From Solirubrobacterales bacterium (GTDB taxonomy: Bacteria > Actinomycetota > Thermoleophilia > Solirubrobacterales > 70-9), in contig DATFPJ010000032.1 of the NCBI GenBank assembly GCA_035264865.1, positions 1 through 51,280 on the forward strand: a stretch of DNA of 51,280 nucleotides, written 5' to 3'. Each line of letters opens with the position of its first letter. The first letter of the stretch is position 1. The translations under genes were made by a program, and so were the position numbers. Shown here one piece after another: positions 36,124 to 45,592 of the stretch. The notes under the pieces are model-generated. The model was not told the origin of the DNA, searched no databases, and saw nothing but the letters and a program-made list of their open reading frames with translations.

Positions 36124-37593
36124 CTACCGAACCGATGCGAGTGATCGCTTCTGGCGGATGTCCGCCATCTGCTCGTCCACCCAGTCGCCCGGGTCGCGCT
36201 CGGTGATGATCTCCACCAGGCGCTTGGCGCGGAGCGCCCGCTCCTCGGGCTCCATGGTGAGCGCGCGATAGATCTCGTCCGCCTGCTCCTGGATATCGAA
36301 TGGGTTGACTGAGAGGGCGCAGTCGCCGAGCTCCTCGTGCGCCCCGGTGTTCTCCGAGAGCATCACGACCCCGTCGCGGGTGTTGACGGCCGGCGCCTCC
36401 TTGGCGACGAGGTTCATTCCGTCGAACAGCGAGTTGACCATCAGCAGGTCGAAGTGCTTATAGCGGGCGACGGCCTCGTGGAAGTTCTCGTAGATCCGCA
36501 GATCGATCGGCATCCAGTCCGTCGTCCCGTGCCGGTGGTTGACGACGGCGACGAGCGCCTCGATCCGCTCGAGGTACTCCGCGTACTCGGGCACGTCCTG
36601 CCGCGAGGGCTGGAGGTGCGCGATGAAGGTGACCTTCTCGCGGAACTCGGGGTGCTGCTCGAGGAAGACGTCGAACGCGGTGAACCCGCGCAGCACGTTC
36701 TTGGAGAGGTCGGCCCGATCGACCCGGATGATCAGATGGTCGCGGCGGCGCCGCAGCAGCTCCTTCTCGTAGAACGCGACGTCCGAGGACTCCGCGGCCC
36801 GGTAGAGCCGCTTGGTGTCGATCGAGAGGGGATAGGCGCGGACCCAGATCTCGCGGCCGTCGAGGAGCACCGCCATCCGCTCGTAGTCGACCTCGAGCTC
36901 CATCAGCTCGCGGCAGCACTGCAGGAAGTTCCGGCAGTAGGCCGTGGTGTGGAAGCCGATGATGTCGTTGGCGAGCATCGACAGGTAGATCTCCTCCCGC
37001 CAGCGGTTCGGCAGGATCCGCCAGGAGTCGGGCTGTGACCAGGGGATGTGGACGAAGTAGTGGAGGAAGGCGTCCGGCCGCGCTGCGCGGATCAGGCCGG
37101 GACAGGTGTAGAGGTGGTAGTCGTGGAGCATCACCACCGGCTCCTCCTGACCCTCGATCGCCCGGATCACGCAGTCGGCGATGTCGTCGTTGACGACCTT
37201 GTAGCCCTCCTCCCAGGCGTCCACCTCGGCCCGCCGGATGTCCGGCGCGTTCGAGAGGTCCCAGAGGTAGTGCTGGATGAACCAGAGGATCGGGTTGGCG
37301 ATCACGTTGTAGAAGCGGTCGTACGCGGAGGGGTTCGAGGCGACCAGCTGGACGTCGTAGTCGATCCCCTCCACGTCGATCGTCACGGGACCGTCGCTCT
37401 CGTTGGCGACGGCGACGTCCTCATCGGTCATCGCCGAGGCGATCCAGAGTGCCTGCCGGTGCGAGACCAGGCCGGCGAGAGCGGTGACCAGGCCCCCTCC
37501 GCCGCGATGGACGATCCGATTGCCGCGCTCGTCACGGCCGAACTCCGCGGGGCCGCGGTTCGAGACGATCGTCAGCGGATGCTTCTCCGGCAC
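36124..37593 (-). CDS. otsA: alpha,alpha-trehalose-phosphate synthase (GT20)
   Basis: GTG start. Contains IVSNRGP, GGGGLVTAL, WIHDYHL-like MLHDYHLY, and LMVNSLFDGMNLVAKE. Confidence 0.9.
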   Translation of the reverse strand: MPEKHPLTIVSNRGPAEFGRDERGNRIVHRGGGGLVTALAGLVSHRQALWIASAMTDEDVAVANESDGPVTIDVEGIDYDVQLVASNPSAYDRFYNVIANPILWFIQHYLWDLSNAPDIRRAEVDAWEEGYKVVNDDIADCVIRAIEGQEEPVVMLHDYHLYTCPGLIRAARPDAFLHYFVHIPWSQPDSWRILPNRWREEIYLSMLANDIIGFHTTAYCRNFLQCCRELMELEVDYERMAVLLDGREIWVRAYPLSIDTKRLYRAAESSDVAFYEKELLRRRRDHLIIRVDRADLSKNVLRGFTAFDVFLEQHPEFREKVTFIAHLQPSRQDVPEYAEYLERIEALVAVVNHRHGTTDWMPIDLRIYENFHEAVARYKHFDLLMVNSLFDGMNLVAKEAPAVNTRDGVVMLSENTGAHEELGDCALSVNPFDIQEQADEIYRALTMEPEERALRAKRLVEIITERDPGDWVDEQMADIRQKRSLASVR

Positions 37594-37615
37594 GTCACGT
37601 TTGTACCAGGGAAGG

Positions 37616-37951
37616 TCAGGCGATCCGGTCGCCCGGCTCCACCTCCCGGTCGGGACGGAGCAGGATCACGCCCTTCTCCTCATCGATCGCACCCAGTACC
37701 AGCACCTCCGAGACGAACGGCCCGATCCGCTTGGGCGGGAAGTTGACCACCGCGACCACGAGGGTTCCCTCGAGCTCGTCGCGCCCGTAGTTGATGATCT
37801 GTGCCGAGGACCGCTTCCGCCCGATCTCGGCGCCGAAGTCGATCTCGAGCTTCCAGGCGGGGACGCGCGCCTCCGGGAACTCCTCCACGCCGACGACGCG
37901 GCCGACGCGCATGTCGACCGCCTCGAACTGCTCCCGGGTGATCTCCGCCAT
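37616..37951 (-). CDS. csaA: tRNA-binding-domain protein CsaA
   Basis: Near-colinear with the known CsaA pattern: FEAVDMRVGRVVGVEEFPEARVPAWKLEIDFG...SSAQI...VVNFPPKRIGPFVSEVLVLG. Confidence 0.9.
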   Translation of the reverse strand: MAEITREQFEAVDMRVGRVVGVEEFPEARVPAWKLEIDFGAEIGRKRSSAQIINYGRDELEGTLVVAVVNFPPKRIGPFVSEVLVLGAIDEEKGVILLRPDREVEPGDRIA

Positions 37952-37967
37952 CGAGCTGGGGGAACGC

Positions 37968-39209
37968 CTAGCCGGAGTCCAGGTCGGTGAAGATCCGGAC
38001 CCAGTCGAGCAGCAGGCGCGGGCTGAGGAAGCGCTCGCGCGTGCGTTCCTTGCCGGCCCGTCCCAGCTTGCGCCCGAGCTCCGGGTCCTGCAGGATCGCG
38101 ATGCAACGCTCAGCGGCCTCGTCGGGGGAGGAGACGAGGTAGCCGTCCTCGCCGTCCACGATCTGCAGCGGAATGCCGCCGACGTCGCCGCCGATCGTCG
38201 GCCGCCCCTTCCAGAGCGACTCGGCGACCGTCAGGCCGAAGCCCTCGCGGATCGACTTCTGCAGGACCACGTCGGACTGGGACTGGAACGCGTTCACCTC
38301 GATCGCGCCGACGTTGTTCAGGTTGTTCAGGATCTTGATGTCGGGATCCGATCCTGCGTACTCGAAGGTGCGGTGGAAGAACTCCCAGCCCTCCGGGTCA
38401 TCGGTCGCCATCGAGCCCACGAGCGCCAGCTGCACCTCCGGGATCTCCTTGGTCACCCGCCGGTAGGCATCGATCACGCCGATCGGGTCCTTCCAGGGAT
38501 CAAAGCGTGAGACCTGCGTGATCATCGGTCGATCCACGTCGATGCCGAACTGGTTGCAGACGAAGGCGGCGTCGTCGGGCGAGAGCGCCATGTTCTTGGG
38601 CGAGAGCGGGTCGATCGCGGGCGGCACGATCCTCACCCCGCCGTGCCCATCCAGGCCGTTCGGCACGTACTGCTCCATGTGCCAGACGGTGATGTCGTAT
38701 TCCGAGATCAGCGGCAGCAGGCGGTCGATCGGCTCGGGATTCGGCTCGGAGAGGTCGATGTGGCAGCGCCAGACCCAGTGCTTCGCGTGGTCGCTCGCGT
38801 TGTGGCGCATGGCGACCGGCTGCGGGTCGTGGACGATGATCACGTCCCACTCACCGTCGAGCGAGTCGGCGTTCATCTTGTTGTAGTGGTCGAAGAGCTC
38901 CCACTGGCTGGGGGAGAGCGTGTTCGGGTCGCCTTGCAGTGAGTTGTGGAGGAGCTTCGTCGCGTTGAAGAACTCCTCACGGCCCATGATCACCTGCCAG
39001 TGGGCGTCGAGGCCGATGTCCCGCATCAGCGGGACGATCGTGTAGAGGATCTCCGAGACGCCGCCGCCGAACGCGGTCGCGCTGATGTGGAGCACGCGCT
39101 TGCCTTTGAGCTTCTCGGCGAGGTCGCGGATCTCGTCGACCAGGCCGCGGCCGGCCAGGTGCGTGTAGTCCGCCAGGGACTTGTTGCCCAGCGCTACCTC
39201 TTGGAGCAT
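37968..39209 (-). CDS. treT: trehalose glycosyltransferring synthase TreT (GT4)
   Basis: Internal ATG of track ORF 37968..39443. Contains SATAFGGGVSEIL, HDPQP, WRCHIDLS, ITQVSRFDPWKD, DDPEGW, SIREGFGLTV and GGIPLQIVDGEDG. Confidence 0.88.
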   Translation of the reverse strand: MLQEVALGNKSLADYTHLAGRGLVDEIRDLAEKLKGKRVLHISATAFGGGVSEILYTIVPLMRDIGLDAHWQVIMGREEFFNATKLLHNSLQGDPNTLSPSQWELFDHYNKMNADSLDGEWDVIIVHDPQPVAMRHNASDHAKHWVWRCHIDLSEPNPEPIDRLLPLISEYDITVWHMEQYVPNGLDGHGGVRIVPPAIDPLSPKNMALSPDDAAFVCNQFGIDVDRPMITQVSRFDPWKDPIGVIDAYRRVTKEIPEVQLALVGSMATDDPEGWEFFHRTFEYAGSDPDIKILNNLNNVGAIEVNAFQSQSDVVLQKSIREGFGLTVAESLWKGRPTIGGDVGGIPLQIVDGEDGYLVSSPDEAAERCIAILQDPELGRKLGRAGKERTRERFLSPRLLLDWVRIFTDLDSG

Positions 39210-39297
39210 CTGCCCCCCATCCGAAGTTGATGACGCAAGGGCGGAAAAGTACTCGGTTTGTTCGAGGGTGCTCCGCAGGGAAGCGAGGAGCAACCCG

Positions 39298-40230
39298 TCA
39301 TATGTGGGCGCGGAGCCGCTCGATGCCGGCGTCGATCTCGGCACAGATCGCCGAGTGCAGCTCGGCGTTCGCGGCGGCCACACACGACATCTGGAAGTCG
39401 TGTCCCGAGCCCAGCAGGGGCCGATCCCGCAGCGGCTCGCCATAGGCGTCGGTCACCGTCGCGCCGCATTCCTCCAGGCAGATCGTCGCCGCGGCCAGGT
39501 CGTACGGCGAGTTGTTGAGCACGGCGCCGTCGCCGACGCGCTCGAACTCCACCCGGATCTCCGGCACGTCGTCGATCATCCGTGGCCCGGGCTCGACGTA
39601 CGCGTCGAGCTGGCCCGTGACGATCCGCGTCATGTCGTAGGTCGCGGAGCCTAGGTCGAAGGTGCCGCCTCCGACCGAGGAGGCGTCGATCAGCTCCGCC
39701 AGCACCTCGACGAGCGCCCGCGCCGGCCGACCGCGGAAGCCGTACGTCCAGAACATCCGCTCCAGGGAGCGGTTGGCCGACAGATTCGCCGCGGGTTCGA
39801 GCCCCCCGCCGCGCTCGGCGACGAAGCTCATGCCACTCTTCAGCTCGAGGACGCACCCCACGCGGACGTCGCCCATCGCGGGCTCGGAGTCGAGCGGCGC
39901 CGCGGCCACCGACACGCAGCAGGACTCGAGGCCGGCGAGGGCCGGCCGGGTGCCGTCGATCGGGTCGACGACGAGCACCCACTCGGCCCGGTCGCCGGCC
40001 GGCGAGACCAGCCCGCGGTCCTCCGAGTAGAACGAGATCTCGGGAGCCCGCTCGGCCAGGAACTCCTCCATCCGTCGCTCGGCGTGCTCGTCGATCTGAA
40101 AGGTGACGTCGCCCCCCTCGGCCTCGCCCGAGTGGGCGCGGGCGGCGTGCGCTCCCAAATGGGGGAGGACCTCCTCGCGCAGGGTCGCGGCGAGGTCGAC
40201 CACGAGGTTTCGGATGGACTCGTTCCGCAT
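39298..40230 (-). CDS. inositol monophosphatase/FBPase family phosphatase
   Basis: Contains SEDRG and VVDPIDGT, with a DLAA-type C-terminal motif (SPYDLAAA). Confidence 0.8.
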   Translation of the reverse strand: MRNESIRNLVVDLAATLREEVLPHLGAHAARAHSGEAEGGDVTFQIDEHAERRMEEFLAERAPEISFYSEDRGLVSPAGDRAEWVLVVDPIDGTRPALAGLESCCVSVAAAPLDSEPAMGDVRVGCVLELKSGMSFVAERGGGLEPAANLSANRSLERMFWTYGFRGRPARALVEVLAELIDASSVGGGTFDLGSATYDMTRIVTGQLDAYVEPGPRMIDDVPEIRVEFERVGDGAVLNNSPYDLAAATICLEECGATVTDAYGEPLRDRPLLGSGHDFQMSCVAAANAELHSAICAEIDAGIERLRAHI

Positions 40231-40315
40231 ATAGCCGCGCCCGCAAGCGGCCGCCCAGCATAAAGTCGCTTCGGCCTTTGGCCTTCGCTCCCGAAGTGCA
40301 GCGGTCTGGCGGGCG

Positions 40316-41491
40316 CTACTGGTTGACGTCTGCCGGACGCGAGCCGAGCGTCACATCCACGGAGCTGCGATTACCGTCGCGGACGATCTCCAGCGTCACC
40401 GTGTCCCCGGGGTTGTGCTCGGCGACCAGCTCCGAGAGGTCGTTGTTCTGGACGACCGGCTTGCCGTCGAACGCGACCACCACGTCCCCGCCGGTCTTCA
40501 CGTGCTGGAGCTGGAAGGTGGTCTCGTCGTTCGAGGCCCTCAGGCCCGCGTCGTCTGCTGGGCTGCCGTCGACGACGTCGCTGATCAGCGCACCGCTCTC
40601 GGCGTTGAGGTCGAGGTGGTCGGCCAGCTGGGGATAGAGCGACTCGCTGGTCACCCCGAGGTAGGCGTAGTCGACCTCCCCGTCGTCCTTGAGCTGATCC
40701 ACCGAGTAGCGGACCGAGGTCACCGGGATCGCGAACCCGACGCCGGAGTTGCTGCCCGAGCTGGAGGCGATCTGCTCGTTGATCCCGATCACCTCGCCCT
40801 TCGCGTCGAGGAGCGGGCCGCCGGAGTTGCCGGGGTTGATGGACGCGTCGGTCTGGATCGCGTTGTCGATGCCGAAGTTCGTGAGGCCCTCGACCGTCCT
40901 GTCGGTGGCCGAGATCACCCCGACGGACAGGGACTGCTCCTCCCCGAACGGGCTCCCGATCGCCGCCACCGGCTCGCCGACGGCGAAGCTCGAGCGGTCG
41001 GAGAGCTTCACCGGCTCGAGGTCCAGTCCGTCGGGATCCACCTTGATCATCGCCACGTCCGCGTCGGCGTCGAAGCCGACGATGTCGGCGGCGACCCGGT
41101 TGCGGTCGCCGAACTCGACGAAGACCTGCTTGGCCTCGTGCGGGGTGCCGCCGCCGTTCAGGTGCCCGCCGCTGGTGACGACGTGCGCGTTGGTGACGAT
41201 GTCGCCGTCCTTGTCGACCACGAAGCCCGATCCCTGGCCGGCGGAGCCGCCGCCTGTCCCGAGCAGGTCCGCCGCCCCCTGGTCGAACACCGAGGTGATC
41301 GTGACGACGCCCGGCGCGACGTTCTTGTAGATCTGGGCCGGGTTGAAGCTGCCGTCGCTCGCCTGGACGACGACCTGCGTCGCAGTCGGGGCCTGGGCGG
41401 CAGTGCTCCCGCTTGAGTCGCCGCCGCCCCCGCCGCAGCCGGCGATCAACGCAGCCGCGATGACGGCGGCTGCTCCCGCTCGGAGCTTCAC
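40316..41491 (-). CDS. HtrA/DegP-family serine protease with PDZ domain (lipoprotein-like signal)
   Basis: LIAGC lipobox. Catalytic triad context TNAHVV, DVAMIKV, GNSGGPLLD. C-terminal PDZ domain. GTG overlaps the kinase stop (GTGA). Confidence 0.88.
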   Translation of the reverse strand: MKLRAGAAAVIAAALIAGCGGGGGDSSGSTAAQAPTATQVVVQASDGSFNPAQIYKNVAPGVVTITSVFDQGAADLLGTGGGSAGQGSGFVVDKDGDIVTNAHVVTSGGHLNGGGTPHEAKQVFVEFGDRNRVAADIVGFDADADVAMIKVDPDGLDLEPVKLSDRSSFAVGEPVAAIGSPFGEEQSLSVGVISATDRTVEGLTNFGIDNAIQTDASINPGNSGGPLLDAKGEVIGINEQIASSSGSNSGVGFAIPVTSVRYSVDQLKDDGEVDYAYLGVTSESLYPQLADHLDLNAESGALISDVVDGSPADDAGLRASNDETTFQLQHVKTGGDVVVAFDGKPVVQNNDLSELVAEHNPGDTVTLEIVRDGNRSSVDVTLGSRPADVNQ

Positions 41492-42942
41492 GCGGCCACT
41501 CCGGCCGGCTCGCGGTGGCGTCTGCGGCGTCCGGCGGGAGGAAGCCTGAGCGTGAAGGCGGTATGGCCGCGGCGCGAGGCCACCGTGATCTTGCCGCCCA
41601 TGCGCGTGGCGAGCTCGTCGGCGATCGCCAGCCCGAGGCCGGAGCCGGTCGCGGTGTCGCCGGTGTAGAACCGGTCGAAGACCTTCGGAATGGCGCGCGG
41701 GTCGATCCCCTTCTTGGCGTCGTCGCCGATGATCAGCTCGGCGGTGCCGCCGGCGCGGACAGCCGTGACCGTCACGTTCGTTCCCTGCGGCGTATGGGTG
41801 AGGGCATTGTCGATGAGAATACGGATGATTTGTGAGACCCGATTTAGGTCCGCGAGCGCGACGACGGAGCCCCTGCCTCGGACCAGCAGCGTCGAGTCGT
41901 GCGCCTTCGCAGCCGGCCGGAACTCGTCCGCGACCTGTCTGGCCACGTCCTTCAGGTCCACCTGCTCCCGCTTGATCTCCATCACGTCGGCGTCGAGCCG
42001 CGAGAGGTCGAGGAGGTCGATCGTGAGCTTCTGGAGCCGCTCGATCTGTGCCCGCATCTCGGCCACGAAGGCGCGCCGCTCGGCAGCGCTCGGCCGCTCG
42101 GTCTCCAGCAGCTCCACGAACCCGCCCAGCGAGAAGATCGGCGTCCGCAGCTCGTGGGAGGCGTTGGCGATGAACTCCTTGCGCGAGCTGTCGAGGCGGG
42201 CCAGCCGGCGCTGCATCTCGTTGAATGTGCGCGCGAGCTGACCGAGCTCATCGGAGGACTCGACCGGGATCGGCTGATCGAAATGGCCCTCTGCCACCGA
42301 CTCGGCCGCCCGGCGCATCCGCCGCAGCCTCCGCGAGACCGCGCCCGAGGCCCAGAACCCGATCAGCGAGGCGGCGACGAGGGCGATCAGGCCAGCGATC
42401 AGGATCTGCCGGCGGACCAGCGCGACGTCGTCGTTGACGTCGGCGAGGGGCGTCGAGAGAACCTCCACCCACCGCGGCCGCCCATCGACCTGAAGCGGGA
42501 CCGCCGAGGTCGCGACCCGCGTCCCCGCCACGTGCTCCACACCCGAGGCGAGGTGGCCGTCCGCCACCGCCGCTCCCGCGCTCAGGTAGCGGCCTTGGAT
42601 GGCCGTCGCCTCGGCCTGGGAATCGGCGATCACGAAGGCCGGCAGCGGGCCGCCCGGGGCATCGCGGACCGCCAGCAGGGTCACGCGGCTTTCGGTCGCC
42701 TGCGCGGTCGAGTCGACCAGCTCCTCGACCTGCTGCTGTGAGGCCCCGGATTCGAGGGCACGGGCGAGCTGGGGCGACTGCTCGGTCCCAAGGCGCTCCA
42801 GGCGGCGGAGCTTCTCCGCGGTGAGGCTGGACTCGAGCTGCGGGACGACGTAGAGGTAGACGAAGGCGATCGCCGCGGCGGTGATCACCGTGATCAGCAC
42901 CACCAGGCGGCCGCGGAGCGTGTTGAGGCGGAGACGGCTCAA
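41488..42942 (-). CDS. sensor histidine kinase (HAMP-HisKA-HATPase, MprB-like)
   Basis: Two TM segments, a HAMP domain, H-box ASHELRTP and G-boxes GSGLGLAI. Confidence 0.88.
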   Translation of the reverse strand: MSRLRLNTLRGRLVVLITVITAAAIAFVYLYVVPQLESSLTAEKLRRLERLGTEQSPQLARALESGASQQQVEELVDSTAQATESRVTLLAVRDAPGGPLPAFVIADSQAEATAIQGRYLSAGAAVADGHLASGVEHVAGTRVATSAVPLQVDGRPRWVEVLSTPLADVNDDVALVRRQILIAGLIALVAASLIGFWASGAVSRRLRRMRRAAESVAEGHFDQPIPVESSDELGQLARTFNEMQRRLARLDSSRKEFIANASHELRTPIFSLGGFVELLETERPSAAERRAFVAEMRAQIERLQKLTIDLLDLSRLDADVMEIKREQVDLKDVARQVADEFRPAAKAHDSTLLVRGRGSVVALADLNRVSQIIRILIDNALTHTPQGTNVTVTAVRAGGTAELIIGDDAKKGIDPRAIPKVFDRFYTGDTATGSGLGLAIADELATRMGGKITVASRRGHTAFTLRLPPAGRRRRHREPAGVAA

Positions 42943-43649
42943 TCGCGGTCTGCGTCGCGGAAGCGGTAACCGACGCCGCGCACCGTGAAGAGATACTCAG
43001 GCTTCTTCGGGTCCGACTCCAGCTTCTCGCGGAGGTGCCTGATGTGGACGTCGACGGTGCGGGGGTCGCGGTAGGTCGAGTCGCCCCAGATGTGCTCGAG
43101 CAGCATCTCCCGGGTGAAGACACGGCCGGGCGACCCCGCGAGTGCGGCGAGGATCTCGAACTCGACGTAGGTGAGTTGGACCTGCTTGCCGCCGAGCGTG
43201 ACCGAGCGGCGCTCGTAATCGATCTCGAGCTTGCCCACCTTGATCGGCTCCCCTCCGGACAGGGACGGTCCCGCCATCTGGCCACGGCGGAGCGCGGCCT
43301 TCACGCGACTGCGGAACTCCCGCACGGAGAAGGGCTTGGTGATGTAGTCGTCGGCGCCCATCTCGAGCCCCGCGACCTTGTCGATCTCGTCCCCCTTGGC
43401 CGTCAGCATGATGATCGGCACCTGACTACGGGTGCGAAGTCGCCTGCACACCTCAATCCCATCGAGCTTCGGGAGCATGATGTCGAGGACCACAAGGTCG
43501 AAGCGCTCCTCGCCGAAGCGGTTGAGAGCCTCCTGCCCGTCCGTGGCCCCGATCACCTCGTATCCGTCCTTGCGGAGGGGATAGGTGAGAAGCGTCTGCA
43601 CGGCCTGCTCATCGTCCACGAGCAGGATCCGCGCCTGTCCTCGCGCCAT
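42939..43649 (-). CDS. OmpR-family response regulator (MprA-like)
   Basis: Receiver domain with LVVLDIMLP, and a winged helix with LTYVEFEIL and VRGVGYRF. Confidence 0.92.
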   Translation of the reverse strand: MARGQARILLVDDEQAVQTLLTYPLRKDGYEVIGATDGQEALNRFGEERFDLVVLDIMLPKLDGIEVCRRLRTRSQVPIIMLTAKGDEIDKVAGLEMGADDYITKPFSVREFRSRVKAALRRGQMAGPSLSGGEPIKVGKLEIDYERRSVTLGGKQVQLTYVEFEILAALAGSPGRVFTREMLLEHIWGDSTYRDPRTVDVHIRHLREKLESDPKKPEYLFTVRGVGYRFRDADRD

Positions 43650-43681
43650 ACCGGAAGGTTAGGGAGCATGGTGGTCCACCA

Positions 43682-45592
43682 GTGATCGATTTCCGTCTCT
43701 ACAGGTACGCGCTGCTCGCGGTCCCCCTGGCCGCGATCGTGGCGATGTTCTCGCTGCGCGGCGTCCCCGCGCCGCTCTCGGAGGGGATCCCGCCGGACGC
43801 CTTCGACCCGTCCACTGCCGCGCCGCTAGCCAAGGACCTCGCGGAGAAGGCGCCCTACCCGACGCCCGGCTCGGCCGCCGACAACGCGCTCGCCGATCGC
43901 GTCAAGTCCACCTTCTCGGCGATCGACGGCGCAACCGTCTCCGAGCAGACCTTCGACGCGTCGTTCCGCGGAGACGATGTCCATCTCCGCAACCTGATCG
44001 CGACCCTGCCCGGCGAGTCGAATCGTCAGATCGCGCTGATCGCGCCGCGGGACGTCGCGCGCGGAAGCGGCGCGGTGACCAGCACTGCCGCCACGGCCGC
44101 GCTGCTGGAGATCGCGGACAGTTTCTCGGGCTCCTCCCACCACAAGACGCTCGTCTTCGTCTCGACGGACGGTTCGAGCGTCGGAGCGCTTGGCGCCAAG
44201 CGGTTCGTGCGCGACTACAGCGACTCGGGGCTGCTCGACGCCGCGATCGTGCTCAGCCAGCCCGCGGTGGAGGATCCGACGGCGCCGCTGGTGATTCCCT
44301 GGTCGACGGGCCCGGAGAGCACGGCGAGCCAGCTCGCCGACACCGCCAACGCCACAGTCTCCAAGGAGCTGGACGTGCCGGCCGGCGACGAGGGCCCGCT
44401 CAGCGACCTCTTCCGGCTGGCTCTGCCCGCCGGGTTCGGGGAGCAGGGACCGCTCGTGGAGGCGGGTCTGCCCGCCGTGCGGCTATCCGCCAAGGGCGAG
44501 CTTCCCCTCGACCCCGCCGACGACGTCCCGGACCGATTCGATCCGGACACGTACGACCGGTTCGGCCGGGCGGCCCTGTCGCTGATCCTCTCGCTCGATG
44601 CCTCACCGGGCGCGGTCGAGCATGGGCCGAAGGGGTACATCGGGGTGGCGGGCAATCTGCTGCCGGGCTGGACCATCGCGATGCTCACCCTCGCGCTGCT
44701 GCTGCCGGTGGGCCTCGGCGCAGGCTCCGGGCTCCTCACCGCCGCCTCCAGCCCGCTCGAGGCGGCCCGGGCCGCACTTTGGGGTGCGCTTCGCGCCCTG
44801 CCCTTTCTCGGAGCCCTGCTGCTGTTCGGCGGGGCGACTCTGATCGGCTTGATGCCGAGCCCCGGCTTTCCGTTCGATCCCGGGACCGAGGCGCTGGGCG
44901 CCGGCGGGACGATCACGGTGATCGCCGCGATCCTGCTCTATTGCGCGATCGCCTTCTTCCTGCGCCCGCTGCGCGCCCCCGCGCCGAAGGCCCAGGGCGC
45001 GGCGGCCTCGGCGACGTTGCTGCTCGCCGTCGCGGCCACCCTCGGTGTCTGGTCGGTCAATCCCTACCTCGCGGTCCTGATCGCCCTCGGATTGCACGCC
45101 TGGGTCCCGGCGGCGGCGGGGACGCCTCCCGGAAGGCTGCCGGCGGCGGGGCTGGTACTGCTCGGCCTGGCCCCCCTGATCGCGCTGCTCGCGAACCTCG
45201 CCGGCCGCTTCGATGCCGGGCTTGGCGTCTGGCACGACGTGATGCTGATGGTCGCCGACGGACAGATCGGCCCGGGCCTGGTGCTGATGGGCTGTCTGCT
45301 CGCCGGCTGCGCGGTCGCGCTGGTCGCAGCCGCGCGCCGGCCTGAGCGGTCGGATCCGGACCTGGACCTCGACGGCGAGATCGCAATACGCAGGCCCTTC
45401 GACGCCGGCGCGCTTGACTCCGAGGAAGCGGAGGAGGAGGCCGCCGCGGAGAACGGCGCACGGGAGCCCGAGCGGCCGGAGCCGCCTCAGCCGGAGCCGG
45501 AGAGGGACCCGCGCCTGTGGTCGAAGCCGCTCGGCTCGAGCTCCCCGCCGTCGGGAAGCCGGAGGGCCACGCCGCGGCCCTCGGTCGCGTAG
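43682..45592 (+). CDS. polytopic membrane protein with M28-peptidase-like, apparently ligand-deficient, extracytoplasmic domain
   Basis: GTG start. NLIATLPG...IALIAPRDV...GAVTSTAATAALLEIA...LVFVSTDGSSVGALGAKRFV resembles the M28 core but lacks the usual H-x-D / D / EE ligand residues. About 8 C-terminal TM segments and an acidic/Pro-rich tail. Confidence 0.6.
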   Translation: MIDFRLYRYALLAVPLAAIVAMFSLRGVPAPLSEGIPPDAFDPSTAAPLAKDLAEKAPYPTPGSAADNALADRVKSTFSAIDGATVSEQTFDASFRGDDVHLRNLIATLPGESNRQIALIAPRDVARGSGAVTSTAATAALLEIADSFSGSSHHKTLVFVSTDGSSVGALGAKRFVRDYSDSGLLDAAIVLSQPAVEDPTAPLVIPWSTGPESTASQLADTANATVSKELDVPAGDEGPLSDLFRLALPAGFGEQGPLVEAGLPAVRLSAKGELPLDPADDVPDRFDPDTYDRFGRAALSLILSLDASPGAVEHGPKGYIGVAGNLLPGWTIAMLTLALLLPVGLGAGSGLLTAASSPLEAARAALWGALRALPFLGALLLFGGATLIGLMPSPGFPFDPGTEALGAGGTITVIAAILLYCAIAFFLRPLRAPAPKAQGAAASATLLLAVAATLGVWSVNPYLAVLIALGLHAWVPAAAGTPPGRLPAAGLVLLGLAPLIALLANLAGRFDAGLGVWHDVMLMVADGQIGPGLVLMGCLLAGCAVALVAAARRPERSDPDLDLDGEIAIRRPFDAGALDSEEAEEEAAAENGAREPERPEPPQPEPERDPRLWSKPLGSSSPPSGSRRATPRPSVA

